This document shows, piece by piece, positions 1 through 9,879 of a stretch of DNA of 64,000 nucleotides. The notes beneath the pieces were generated by a model, which did no database searches, had not been told where the DNA came from, and saw only the letters and a list, made by a program, of their open reading frames with translations. The translations under genes were made by a program, and so were the position numbers. The stretch covers positions 129,044 through 193,043 of the forward strand of contig RDOA01000002.1 of the NCBI GenBank assembly GCA_011364925.1, read 5' to 3'. Source of the DNA: Promethearchaeota archaeon. GTDB taxonomy: Archaea > Asgardarchaeota > Lokiarchaeia > Sigyniarchaeales > SOKP01. The first letter of the stretch is position 1; each line of letters starts with the position of its first letter.

Positions 1-363
1 GATTTCTTCTTTTTTTCTAAAATAGTAATATAATTTCAAACACGAATATCCAAAAATGAAGATCCCTAAGATTAGTTCTATCCATTCTAATCCAATTTCA
101 ATGAGTAAGTAAGTACCAAAAACTGTTGCTGGAATACCTAACGACAAGAATCGTATAAAGTAGCCTTTATCTAAAAATTTCCGGTATTTTATGAAATTAA
201 GTAAAGCGGTTAGAATTCCCCATAGATTTACTAAAATTACCGCGTTTTTAATTCCAATAATTGGAGTAATTATAGGAATCAAGATAAGAGCGTCGCCAAA
301 TCCAATTATCCCATAAACCGTGCTTGAGAAAAAGATCGCAATAAGTGATAGGTATTCAATCAT
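1..363 (-). CDS. Sulfite exporter TauE/SafE family membrane protein, 5' part (runs off window)
   Basis: Not in ORF track. Manual translation from ATG at 363: MIEYLSLIAIFFSSTVYGIIGFGDALILIPIITPIIGIKNAV...; hydrophobic with GxxGFG motif, open to position 1. Confidence 0.75.
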   Translation of the reverse strand, partial: MIEYLSLIAIFFSSTVYGIIGFGDALILIPIITPIIGIKNAVILVNLWGILTALLNFIKYRKFLDKGYFIRFLSLGIPATVFGTYLLIEIGLEWIELILGIFIFGYSCLKLYYYFRKKEEI

Positions 364-435
364 TGGAATAAATAATTCCTAATTTAGATACATTAGAGAA
401 AGAAGTCTTCTTTTTACTTTTTTCTATACCAATTC

Positions 436-1179
436 TCAAATCTCATCTATCTTTTTCTGAATCGGTCCCTTTGGTTTGGTCTTACCAAACAACATTTCTT
501 TGTTTTTTTCCACGAATTTCCAACTAATACCAGGGATTTCTTTTAAAGGACCATCGATTCCTTTTGGATTACCCGTTTTTGTAAATGTAATTTCTGTGTG
601 CTTAATAGCTTTGAACACTTGGTAAGGAGTTTCGTACTTTTCGATTAACGATTTAGCCTTTTTTGGACCAATATCTATAAATCCTTCTACTATGAAACTT
701 CTTCTTTCTTCAACACTCATGCTTTTAGGTGCCTTTCTGGAAAGAACAGTTGCGCCATCTTTTACCTGTTCACGATAGGCTATTCTTTCAATCACGATAG
801 CAGTATCTTCTAAATTCCTCGTTGGTATTATCGCAAATCCGAGTTTATAAGCAATTTTAGCTAGTGCTCCATATATAGATGCGATTTTCATTCCTGTATT
901 TTCGAACACATCGTCATTCAATCCTTCTAAAATCAAGATAGGGGTAGTGTAGGTTTCTTTCAGACGAAGGCATTGCTCAAATAAGCGATTATCGATTATA
1001 GAGGACACAAAATCAAAGCCTTCTTTTCTTTCAATCGCTATATCCTCAGTGATAACAATATCAGCAATATCCAATTGCTTTACTTCAATTTCTATGTTCG
1101 GGAACTTTTTTTCTATTAAATTTATTAATTTACCTTCTCGATTATCAATAATAACTTTTAAGGACTTTGATTGACTCAT
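436..1179 (-). CDS. Short XPF/ERCC4-family structure-specific endonuclease with HhH domain
   Basis: IIDNRE, IERKxxxDFVSSIIDNRLFEQ nuclease motif, DIGPKKAKSL HhH; no helicase domain. Confidence 0.88.
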   Translation of the reverse strand: MSQSKSLKVIIDNREGKLINLIEKKFPNIEIEVKQLDIADIVITEDIAIERKEGFDFVSSIIDNRLFEQCLRLKETYTTPILILEGLNDDVFENTGMKIASIYGALAKIAYKLGFAIIPTRNLEDTAIVIERIAYREQVKDGATVLSRKAPKSMSVEERRSFIVEGFIDIGPKKAKSLIEKYETPYQVFKAIKHTEITFTKTGNPKGIDGPLKEIPGISWKFVEKNKEMLFGKTKPKGPIQKKIDEI

Positions 1180-1290
1180 TTCCTTTTCAAACTGATAAAA
1201 TAATATTATTAGTTGTCAGATGTTATGTTAGTAAAATATGTAAAATATAAAAACAAAAAATTATAGTATCTTTATTTAATATAAATAGAG

Positions 1291-1557
1291 TTACTCCTTC
1301 GATTTAATTTTTTTACGGATCAGAAGAATTAAATAGGTTATCCCCATTACAGCCAATACTCCGATAAGGGGTAAAGTTAAAATACCAAACCAAGCCGTAA
1401 TCGGATCTGTACCCGATTCAATAGCATCTGTTGAAATAGCGTTTTCTAGGATAAACTGAATTAAATCTTGAAAAAATATGAACCAAATTGCGTAAACGGC
1501 AACCACCACAATTATTAAGTAAATTAGAAAGGGAGAGACTCTTCTTTTTTTTGACAT
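1291..1557 (-). CDS. Small hypothetical membrane protein (2 TM)
   Basis: 88 aa, two hydrophobic segments flanked by basic residues. Confidence 0.65.
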   Translation of the reverse strand: MSKKRRVSPFLIYLIIVVVAVYAIWFIFFQDLIQFILENAISTDAIESGTDPITAWFGILTLPLIGVLAVMGITYLILLIRKKIKSKE

Positions 1558-1596
1558 AATATACCCTTTTGTTAATTGTTTTGTGTGTAATTATGC

Positions 1597-1699
1597 TTTA
1601 TCTTCATAGATAATTAATTCTTGTGATTGAATCCTCGAAAAGCTATATATTTTATCTTCATAGATAATTAACACCAGTTTCTGAATACTCGAAAAGCTA
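1597..1699. repeat. Two 49-bp direct repeats (period 54 bp), each with palindrome TTATCT-N4-AGATAA
   Basis: 1597-1645 and 1651-1699: TTTATCTTCATAGATAATTAA-N10-TGAAT(C/A)CTCGAAAAGCTA. Confidence 0.9.
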
Positions 1700-1858
1700 G
1701 TTTAATATCCATACAAATCAAGAAAAATCTTAATTATGTCTGGTAAAAGAAATAGAATTATTATAATAATTAAAAATTCTATTGTAATCTTAATAGCTCG
1801 CTTGATCAGATAAGGATACGATATTAAATTGTTTTCAGACATTTTCTTGAATTAACTC

Positions 1859-2653
1859 TCAGTATTCTCTTAATACTTCCTCAACGGTGTAATTGTCATG
1901 AACGATTTTAGCGAGTCCCTGAACGACTTTGGTTGGATCCTCTGCTTGGAAGACATTTCTACCAATGGCTGCTCCTGCGCCTCCAGCTTGAATAGAGTCA
2001 TAAACCAACTGGAATAATTCTGGAATTGTATCCATTTTAGGTCCACCAGCTATTATTACTGGAATATTCACTCCTTTTACAATATATTTAAAAGAATCAA
2101 TATCGCCAGTATAATTAGTTTTGACGATATCTGCTCCTAATTCAGCACCAACTCTTACAGCAATGTTAACTACATCAGGAGCGTTTTCATCTGTAATTTT
2201 CTCTCCACGTGGGTACATCATAGCCAATACAGGTACACCCCATTCTCTTGATGCTTCAATTACAGTATGAGCATCTTGAAGCATCTCTGGTTCTTCATTG
2301 GCTCCTATATTAATATGAATTGATACACCGTCCGCACCCATCTTTAAAGCTCGTTCTACAGAACAGACTAAAACTTTTTTATCAGGATCTGGCGCTAGAT
2401 TAGTTGCTCCTGAAAGATGAACGATTAATCCTACGTCTCTCCCATATTGTCTATGCCCCGCTCCGACCATGCCAGAATGCTCTAATACCGCATTAGCTCC
2501 GCCTTTCGCAACTTTATCAACCATTTCAACCAAATTTTCGAGACCTTTGATTGTGCCAAGCGTTAATCCATGATCCATAGGGATAATTATTGTTCTTTTA
2601 CTTTTCCGATCGAACAGTCGTTCAAGTCTTATATTCTTTCCAAGATTCGTCAT
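1859..2653 (-). CDS. DhnA-type class I aldolase, probably 2-amino-3,7-dideoxy-D-threo-hept-6-ulosonate synthase (AroA')
   Basis: PMDHG, AMMYPRG, ELGADIVKT (Schiff-base Lys), AGGPK, GRNVFQ. Confidence 0.8.
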   Translation of the reverse strand: MTNLGKNIRLERLFDRKSKRTIIIPMDHGLTLGTIKGLENLVEMVDKVAKGGANAVLEHSGMVGAGHRQYGRDVGLIVHLSGATNLAPDPDKKVLVCSVERALKMGADGVSIHINIGANEEPEMLQDAHTVIEASREWGVPVLAMMYPRGEKITDENAPDVVNIAVRVGAELGADIVKTNYTGDIDSFKYIVKGVNIPVIIAGGPKMDTIPELFQLVYDSIQAGGAGAAIGRNVFQAEDPTKVVQGLAKIVHDNYTVEEVLREY

Positions 2654-2737
2654 AATTTTTTGAAAAACTGGTTTGACTTAAATTATTCTAAATAAATGAC
2701 AGTACAAATTTAAAATTATACCCTTAAAAAAAGTAAA

Positions 2738-4309
2738 TTACCAAGGTCTTCGCAATGTGGTTGGTCGACTCATAGTTGATTTCTCAGGATAGTCAATATT
2801 ATAATGAATACCGCGACTTTCCTTTCGAGAAATAGCGCTAACTATAATAAGTTTTGCTACTGTCGCTAAATTTCTTAATTCAATTAAATTTTTTTCTATC
2901 TGGAAATCCCAGTAATATTGATCGATTTCATCTAACAATAAATTAATACGCTTCTTAGCTCTTTGAAGGCGTAAATCTGTTCTTACAATTCCGACATAAT
3001 TCCACATAAATCTACGAATCTCATCCCAATTCTGCGTTATAATTACCGCTTCAGTAGAGGGTACTGCATTCCCGTGCTCCCATTCTTCAAACTGAATTAC
3101 TTTCAATGTATTTAGTCTATCATTTATAACGTTAGCGCATTCATGTGCGCAAACAAGACCTTCTAATAGTGAATTACTTGCTAATCGATTCGCTCCATGT
3201 AAACCTGTACAAGAGGATTCTCCAATAACATAAAGGCTTTTTACTTTAGTTGAGCCATCAATTTTAGTAAGTACTCCTCCAGTGCAATAATGGGCTGCTG
3301 GGACTACAGGAATAGGTTCTTTGGTTATATCGATATTAAATTTTAAGCATGTATCATATACTCCAGGAAAGTGATGTTTAATAAAATCAGCCTTACGATA
3401 TGAGGCGATATCGAGATATACATGATCATCACCTGTTCTTTTAAGTTCAGCATCAATTGCTCGAGATGCGATATCACGAGGTGCTAAATCCTTTAAAGGG
3501 TGATACTTTTGCATGAACTCATTTCCCCGGATGTCTTTAAGAACGGCACCTTCACCACGCATTGCTTCCGTGATTAAGAGTGATTTAGCATAAGGATGAT
3601 AAAGACAAGTGGGATGGAATTGATAGAATTCCATATTAGCAATAATTGCTCCTGCGCGATATGCCATAGCGATGCCATCTCCAGATGCAACATCTGGATT
3701 AGTAGTATAGAGATATATTTTCCCTGCTCCGCCTGTAGCTAATATAGTTGATTTAGCTGCGACATTATGAATCTCTCCTGATTTCTGATCTAAAATATAC
3801 GCACCATAACATTCAAAATTCTTGGAATATAGATTAATTGCACACCAATATTCTTTTATCTCAATGTTATTTAGCTTTTTGACCATTGTAATTAATTTCT
3901 GCTGAACACTCTGCCCTGTTAAATCATTTACATGTAGAATCCTCCTGTGAGAATGCCCTCCTTCTTTTCCAAGATCGTATTCTCCACTACTATTTCTCGT
4001 AAATTCTACGCCCCAGTCTATTAACTCTTTTACGCGTTCTGGAGCTTTACTAATGATTTTGCGTACAATAGATTCATCACATAAGCCATCGCCAGCTATC
4101 AATGTATCTTGTATATGTTTTTCTAGAGTGTCATCTTCATTCCAAACACAGGCGATCCCTCCTTGCGCATAATAGGTGTTACATTCTGTTAAATTTTCCT
4201 TGGTGACTAAGAGGATTTGTGTATTAGGAGCAAGTTTGGTTAGCTTAAGGGCTAATGATAATCCGGAGACTCCTCCTCCAATGATTAAAATGTCGGTTTT
4301 GATTTTCAA
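2738..4309 (-). CDS. nadB: L-aspartate oxidase
   Basis: FAD GxG motif, AQGGIA, EGGHSHRRILH, QFHPT, AHYCTGG, GLHGANRLASNSLLE, ESRGIH; TTG start. Confidence 0.93.
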   Translation of the reverse strand: MKIKTDILIIGGGVSGLSLALKLTKLAPNTQILLVTKENLTECNTYYAQGGIACVWNEDDTLEKHIQDTLIAGDGLCDESIVRKIISKAPERVKELIDWGVEFTRNSSGEYDLGKEGGHSHRRILHVNDLTGQSVQQKLITMVKKLNNIEIKEYWCAINLYSKNFECYGAYILDQKSGEIHNVAAKSTILATGGAGKIYLYTTNPDVASGDGIAMAYRAGAIIANMEFYQFHPTCLYHPYAKSLLITEAMRGEGAVLKDIRGNEFMQKYHPLKDLAPRDIASRAIDAELKRTGDDHVYLDIASYRKADFIKHHFPGVYDTCLKFNIDITKEPIPVVPAAHYCTGGVLTKIDGSTKVKSLYVIGESSCTGLHGANRLASNSLLEGLVCAHECANVINDRLNTLKVIQFEEWEHGNAVPSTEAVIITQNWDEIRRFMWNYVGIVRTDLRLQRAKKRINLLLDEIDQYYWDFQIEKNLIELRNLATVAKLIIVSAISRKESRGIHYNIDYPEKSTMSRPTTLRRPW

Positions 4310-4503
4310 TTATAAGATCATTAAAAACCAATGATTAAAGTACATTTCTAAATTTATTTGGAATATTTTTTAAAAACAAATTTAATTTACTATTATATAG
4401 TTCTAAATCCTAATTTTTTTTAAGAATTAACATTTTTACACCCATATAAGCTTGTTTAGGATGTAAATTGTAAATAAAATAAAGACTGATTTCTCTCTAT
4501 TTT

Positions 4504-5001
4504 ATGTCAAAAATAAAGAATGTACTCTACATCTGTAGTGGAAATACTTGTAGATCCCCTTTCGCCGAAGCTTTTTCGAAATGGCTTCAGAAAACAATAT
4601 ATGTTAATGAGATTCAGGAACTAAATTTTGATTCTGCTGGAATTTACCATTATTATGAACAACCTCAGGAAGGTACGTTAAAATATCTTAAAGCTAAAGG
4701 AATTGAGATGGATGACTTTGTAGCTAAAGATGTTGATGAAGAATTGCTAAACAATCAAGATTTAATTTTAGTATTCGAAGAGAAATACCATATTCGTAAA
4801 CTAAAAAGAAAATTCAGAAATCTTAAGAATTTAAACGAAAAGCTGTTTTTGTTATTAGATTTTGCTGGAGAAACAGAGGATTTAGAAATAATGGATCCTT
4901 TCTATTTAGATGAAATTGAGTATAATAAAACGCTCAAAAGAATTGAATCGGGGATCGTTAAATCAATAGAAAAGATTATCGAAATAAATAAATCTGCATA
5001 A
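4504..5001 (+). CDS. Low-molecular-weight phosphatase family protein (copy 1)
   Basis: P-loop CSGNTCRS, DSAG, DPF. Confidence 0.88.
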   Translation: MSKIKNVLYICSGNTCRSPFAEAFSKWLQKTIYVNEIQELNFDSAGIYHYYEQPQEGTLKYLKAKGIEMDDFVAKDVDEELLNNQDLILVFEEKYHIRKLKRKFRNLKNLNEKLFLLLDFAGETEDLEIMDPFYLDEIEYNKTLKRIESGIVKSIEKIIEINKSA

Positions 5002-5011
5002 GTGATAAACT

Positions 5012-5497
5012 TTGAATAAGATATCTAATGTTCTAATAATTTGTTTAGGAAATACAGCAAGATCTCCAGTAGCTGAATACTTAGCACGATTTTATGCTAA
5101 GGAAAATGGCCTTGATATGACCATAGAAAGCGCAGGGTTTATGAACGCTTTTACTTATATGCAACCAGAATCTCAAGAATATTTGAATGAAAAGGGGATA
5201 GACCACTCTGACTTTCGACCTCAGTTAGTCAGCTATAGATTACTTGAAAAGCAAGATTTAATCATTACTATGGAAGAGTCCCATGCATTAGAAATCAAAA
5301 AGAATTATTCTGAGATTGTCGATATCGATAAAAAAACATTCACTTTAAAGGAATATAACGGAAATACAAGCGATTTAGATATAATCGATCCATATTACAC
5401 AAGTTCTCATACTTATAGGAAGGTTCTCAACCTTATTGACGAAAATATAAAAAAAATGATAAGTAAAATAACACAAATTAATACATTAAATACTTAA
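5012..5497 (+). CDS. Low-molecular-weight phosphatase family protein (copy 2)
   Basis: P-loop CLGNTARS, ESAG, DPYY; TTG start. Confidence 0.88.
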   Translation: MNKISNVLIICLGNTARSPVAEYLARFYAKENGLDMTIESAGFMNAFTYMQPESQEYLNEKGIDHSDFRPQLVSYRLLEKQDLIITMEESHALEIKKNYSEIVDIDKKTFTLKEYNGNTSDLDIIDPYYTSSHTYRKVLNLIDENIKKMISKITQINTLNT

Positions 5498-5521
5498 TTA
5501 CATAAAAAGCGTATTTATTCT

Positions 5522-6007
5522 ATGATAAAAAGAGTTTTGTTCATTTGTTACGCTAATACCTGCCGAACTCCAGCAGCATTTGAACTTGCGAAACTTTATG
5601 CTGAAAAAATTGACTTAAAGGGTGTTATGTTCGATTCTGCTGGTTTTCACATTGCGTTCGATCACGCGCAACCTGAAACTATCGAATACCTTAAAGTAAA
5701 AGGAATTGAGATGAACGATTTTAAACCAAAACCTATAACTAAAGAGTTAATTAAAGAACAAGATCTCATTATAGGAATGGAAAGATACCAATTGACAAAA
5801 TTAAAAAATAAATTCAAAGATCTAAAGGAGGATCTGAAAGGTAGGTTATTTACGTTGAAACAATTCAACGGAGCAGACAAAAAGAACTTAAATATTCCTG
5901 ATCCATATAAAAAAGAGAAAATGAAATACTTTGAAATACTAGAAATCGTTGAAAAGAATGTTGAAATGCTAGTTAATAGAATCAAACAAATAAACAAACC
6001 AAGCTAA
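5522..6007 (+). CDS. Low-molecular-weight phosphatase family protein (copy 3)
   Basis: P-loop CYANTCRT, DSAG, PDPY. Confidence 0.88.
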   Translation: MIKRVLFICYANTCRTPAAFELAKLYAEKIDLKGVMFDSAGFHIAFDHAQPETIEYLKVKGIEMNDFKPKPITKELIKEQDLIIGMERYQLTKLKNKFKDLKEDLKGRLFTLKQFNGADKKNLNIPDPYKKEKMKYFEILEIVEKNVEMLVNRIKQINKPS

Positions 6008-6039
6008 AAATAAGTGATCACTCCTATAATATTATTGAT

Positions 6040-7041
6040 TTAATTAAATCCTTTTTTTATTGTCGTTTTATGGAGTTTATCATAGCTTAATGTACTAAAA
6101 GGACATACTTTTACACAAATAGTACAACCATAGTTCTGAACAAAATATGGAAAGCATATCTCACCATCAATATGTGTGATTAAACCATTTTTCTGTTGAA
6201 TTGCCTGCTCTTTTATAGCTAAAGGTGGGCATTTTTTAATGCAAATTCCGCACGTTGCGCAATAATCCTTAATCCAACTATGGGAGTTTTTAGAATGATA
6301 AGGTAGATTTGCTATATTAGTAAATACAGCAGCTAATCTTACTCTTGGTCCAAATTCAGGTGTAATCAATAATCCGTGCCTGCCAAACCAACCTAACCCA
6401 GCATCTTTCGCTAATGGAGGGTATAATACAATTCCCCCTAAAGGATGGGAGGCTTGAGCGGCGTATCCATTTTTTCGCAAATATGCAGCAATTTTATTTG
6501 CTGCTATTCCAAGTTTGTTGTAGGTTTGCATTATCATTTTCACTGTCTTTCTATGAGGTGCTAAAGCAATTCTATCTTTATCCATCTCCATAACCAATAC
6601 GATAGCATTTTCAAAAAGGACTGCTTTATTCTTGAATATCAGATGTCGAGGTAATTTAGAAAATCCAATAGAAGCTAAACCTTGGTCCATACAAAATTCT
6701 TTCAGGTTCTCCAGAAAAACATCATCAATCTCAACTTTTTTTCTATTTTCGTTTTTTTTTAAACTATCAATTGATTTATTTATATTCCTAACATTGGAAA
6801 GCATAGGGAGTATAGTTGAACGATTCATTAGATTGTTTTTATTACCCCTCTCTGCAAAATCGATAATATGCAAGGGAATGTCAAATCGAACTGGAGATAA
6901 ATTATTTGCTGTGATTACCCCAGCTTTTTCAGTTAATGCTTCCTCTTTTCGATAGATTTTCTCTATAGAGGGCTTCATGAATCTTCTATAGAATATCTTT
7001 TTAATTCTTACTCCTAGCTTCATAGAACATAACCCTATCAA
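6040..7041 (-). CDS. Reductive dehalogenase/QueG-like cobalamin and 2x[4Fe-4S] protein
   Basis: AGLGWFGRHGLLITPEFGPRVRL, CxxCxxCxxxCP and CxxCxxVCP; start uncertain. Confidence 0.75.
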   Translation of the reverse strand: MIGLCSMKLGVRIKKIFYRRFMKPSIEKIYRKEEALTEKAGVITANNLSPVRFDIPLHIIDFAERGNKNNLMNRSTILPMLSNVRNINKSIDSLKKNENRKKVEIDDVFLENLKEFCMDQGLASIGFSKLPRHLIFKNKAVLFENAIVLVMEMDKDRIALAPHRKTVKMIMQTYNKLGIAANKIAAYLRKNGYAAQASHPLGGIVLYPPLAKDAGLGWFGRHGLLITPEFGPRVRLAAVFTNIANLPYHSKNSHSWIKDYCATCGICIKKCPPLAIKEQAIQQKNGLITHIDGEICFPYFVQNYGCTICVKVCPFSTLSYDKLHKTTIKKGFN

Positions 7042-7342
7042 GATATTAATTGTAAAAGGTAAATTACTTTTATTTATCTTGTGATATCTTAAAATTTATT
7101 TAACAAATTATAAGATTAATTATACTCTCATATTTAGGGAAAAGGGAGAGAAAATAAAAAGTACTCCCTTCCTTCATAATCTTCTTAATATTGGCACAAT
7201 TTTCGAAATCTGTAACTTTAAAAAACCATACTCTATTTTATATGTAAGATTTTTAGTTCTTACACATTCACTACGAATTTTGACACGATTGTCGAAATTA
7301 AATTACTAATATAACAAACTATTAGGATAAGGGGATTCCTTT

Positions 7343-7903
7343 TTGGAGAATGATGATATAGATGAGAAATTTTTAAATGATTTAAATCGAAGTATTCAGA
7401 ACGATCTTTCTAATGTTAACTCGTTAAGGGGATTTGAGATAATCTCTGAATCCTTAGTCTATAAAATCTTAGATCTTTTTGGAAGGAACACTCTGCTTTC
7501 TATGTTGTATCAAACCGGCTCTGCACCTGGAGAAAAGATTACAGAAATTATTCGTCGAAAATATGACAAAAACGATTTTACTATTTTTGAGGCAATAAGT
7601 TTTCTAATGAATGAATTAAAAGAATTTTATTCAATACAAATAAGGGAAGTCGAGGAATATCAGGATCACCTTAGAATCATTATAGAAAACTTTTGCTTTT
7701 TAAGAAATCCCTATAGTCACCGAGAAAAATTACAGCCGGGTAAAGCTTTTTGTCGGATCAATAAAGGGTATTTCGAAACAGCTTTCAGAAAATTATTAGG
7801 AGACAAGTTGAAAAAAGTAGAAATCAATTTTCTCTACGATGATCGAGAAAAAAATGTGTGCGTAGAGGAGATTGTTTTTTATCCTAATCATGAAACACTG
7901 TAA
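7343..7903 (+). CDS. V4R-like (NO-signalling/Golgi-transport ligand-binding fold) protein
   Basis: LYQTG helix, spaced Cys pattern NFCFLR...FCRINKGYFETAF...VCVEEI. Confidence 0.5.
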   Translation: MENDDIDEKFLNDLNRSIQNDLSNVNSLRGFEIISESLVYKILDLFGRNTLLSMLYQTGSAPGEKITEIIRRKYDKNDFTIFEAISFLMNELKEFYSIQIREVEEYQDHLRIIIENFCFLRNPYSHREKLQPGKAFCRINKGYFETAFRKLLGDKLKKVEINFLYDDREKNVCVEEIVFYPNHETL

Positions 7904-7909
7904 ATTGCG

Positions 7910-8242
7910 TTAGAGAATATCTTTAAATTGAATGTGTAACAATTTCGCTAATTTTTGTTTCTTTTTCTCCATTAAGGGACCCGCAGCAGCTGTAGCGGGA
8001 CCAATAGAGCCCATACCAAGGTTGTTATGGATTTCCCAGTAGTATTTTCTATAAATTCTTACCTTATTCGTTTGATCCTTTCTCACTTCTTCTAAAGCAG
8101 ATTCAATAATTTTATCTGCAACAGCATCGAGCTCTTTCAATCTTTGATTAATATATTCCCCGGTTATGTCCTTCCCTGTAGAAGGATCTATAACATGTTG
8201 AGTTAAATTTTCATCTCGAGTTTGTCTATTTTTCTCATTCAT
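7910..8242 (-). CDS. Hypothetical protein
   Basis: 110-aa ORF with ATG start filling an intergenic gap; no motif recognised. Confidence 0.6.
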   Translation of the reverse strand: MNEKNRQTRDENLTQHVIDPSTGKDITGEYINQRLKELDAVADKIIESALEEVRKDQTNKVRIYRKYYWEIHNNLGMGSIGPATAAAGPLMEKKKQKLAKLLHIQFKDIL

Positions 8243-8500
8243 AAGATAGATAAAAAGTACTTGAATTAAACCTTAGCTACCTTTTTAAAAAGGTACTTCT
8301 CCAATAGAACCAAAAACGGAGTCAATATTGGTTTCTTTTACTACAACAAAATGAGAAATTAATTATAATCAAATAGATCATTCATTTTTACTTTTTTAGA
8401 AACGAAATGTCAAAGATTAAAAAAAAATTTGAATTAGATTACATACAACAATCTGATTTTAAAAAACTTAAAAAGAAAATGTTAAAGTTGGTAGACAAAA

Positions 8501-9676
8501 ATGGTTGAAATTAAAAACATCGTATTGATTGGTGCTGGGTTAATGGGACACAATGCAGCCCAGATCTGTTTAATGGCGGGTTATAACGTCACTTTAGTCG
8601 ATATTAGTGATGAATTTGTTAATGCTGGCGCTGCGAAGATTGATGAGGGTCTAAAAAAGCTTGAAGCAAAAGGATCTTTAGGTGAAGGTATTTCAGCTGC
8701 CAGCCTAATGGGAAATCTGAAAAAAACAACTGATCTGGCAAGTGCGGTAAAAGACGCTGATTTCGTTATTGAAGCCGTGGTCGAAAAAATGGATGTTAAA
8801 AAACAAGTATTTAAAACGTGTGACGAGAACGCTCCGCCTCATTGCATCTTAGCCACAAATACTTCAACGATGAGTATAACAGAAATAGGTAGCGTAACAA
8901 ATAGGCAAGATAAAGTAATAGGGATGCACTTTTTTAATCCACCTATTTTAATGCGATTAATAGAAATTATCGCTGGTGAAAAGAGTTCGGAAGAATCTAT
9001 GAATACTGGTGTTGAATTAGGAGAGAAGCTGCCTTGCTTAAAAGGAAAGAGATTTGTTCCAAAAGTCTTAAAAGATCGTCCAGGATTTATTGTGAACCGC
9101 ATGAATGCTCCAGTTCAAATTTATCTTAATTGGGTGTTTGATCAAGCGGCTGAAAAAGGAATCCCTTGGAATCAAATTGACGCTGACGCAGCTGGTTTAA
9201 TGCCAATGGGACCTTGCGAGCTTGCAGATTATGTTGGTATTGATACAATGTTTCATGTCGGGAACTATTACACACAAACATTATCCCCAGATTTTAAACC
9301 AGGGAAAGTGATTACGAAAATGGTTGAAGAGAACAAACTTGGACGAAAATCTCCCCAAGGCTTTTTTGATTGGTCCGCAGGTAGACCTAAAATAGATAAA
9401 TCTGTAAAAGCTGGATTGTTTAACGTTGAAAGTTCCATGGCAATCATGCTGAACGAAGGTTGCCGTCTATTAGAAGAGGGAGTCGTCACAGGATTTAAAG
9501 TAATCGATGAAGCGAACATGGCTGGGATGAACACGCCCGGACCTTTTGGAGCGGGAAAGAAAAATTTCGAAAAATGGTCACAACTTTTAGAAGATTTAGC
9601 AGATAAAACTGGTAAAGATTATCTCAGACCTTGTGAGCTTATGAAAACTGGTGGATTTGTGGACATGAGAAAATAA
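8501..9676 (+). CDS. 3-hydroxyacyl-CoA dehydrogenase
   Basis: GAGLMG, IEAVVE, ATNTST, GMHFFNPP, PGFIVNR, PMGP; duplicated C-terminal domain. Confidence 0.92.
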   Translation: MVEIKNIVLIGAGLMGHNAAQICLMAGYNVTLVDISDEFVNAGAAKIDEGLKKLEAKGSLGEGISAASLMGNLKKTTDLASAVKDADFVIEAVVEKMDVKKQVFKTCDENAPPHCILATNTSTMSITEIGSVTNRQDKVIGMHFFNPPILMRLIEIIAGEKSSEESMNTGVELGEKLPCLKGKRFVPKVLKDRPGFIVNRMNAPVQIYLNWVFDQAAEKGIPWNQIDADAAGLMPMGPCELADYVGIDTMFHVGNYYTQTLSPDFKPGKVITKMVEENKLGRKSPQGFFDWSAGRPKIDKSVKAGLFNVESSMAIMLNEGCRLLEEGVVTGFKVIDEANMAGMNTPGPFGAGKKNFEKWSQLLEDLADKTGKDYLRPCELMKTGGFVDMRK

Positions 9677-9879
9677 GCAAAATTATTAACTTTATTTCAC
9701 CTTATATTTCTCTTTTTTTTTCTATTCTGGTTTCACTACTTAACTAAACGAAATGGTTATAGTTTGCCCAAATCAAGTAATTGAAAAATTTGAAAGTTTT
9801 TAATTACTAAAGGATTACTACTTAATATTCACGAATCAAATTTTTTATAAATTAAAGAAACAAAAAGAGGTTAAAGAAA

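Noticed and set aside
1597-1699. Possible mini-CRISPR array
   Set aside because: Only two units, 10-bp variable part far shorter than a spacer, and no cas genes in the window.
7142-7170. Inverted repeat AAGGGAG...CTCCCTT between divergent genes
   Set aside because: Short, no SECIS core, not positioned as a terminator; function unsupported.
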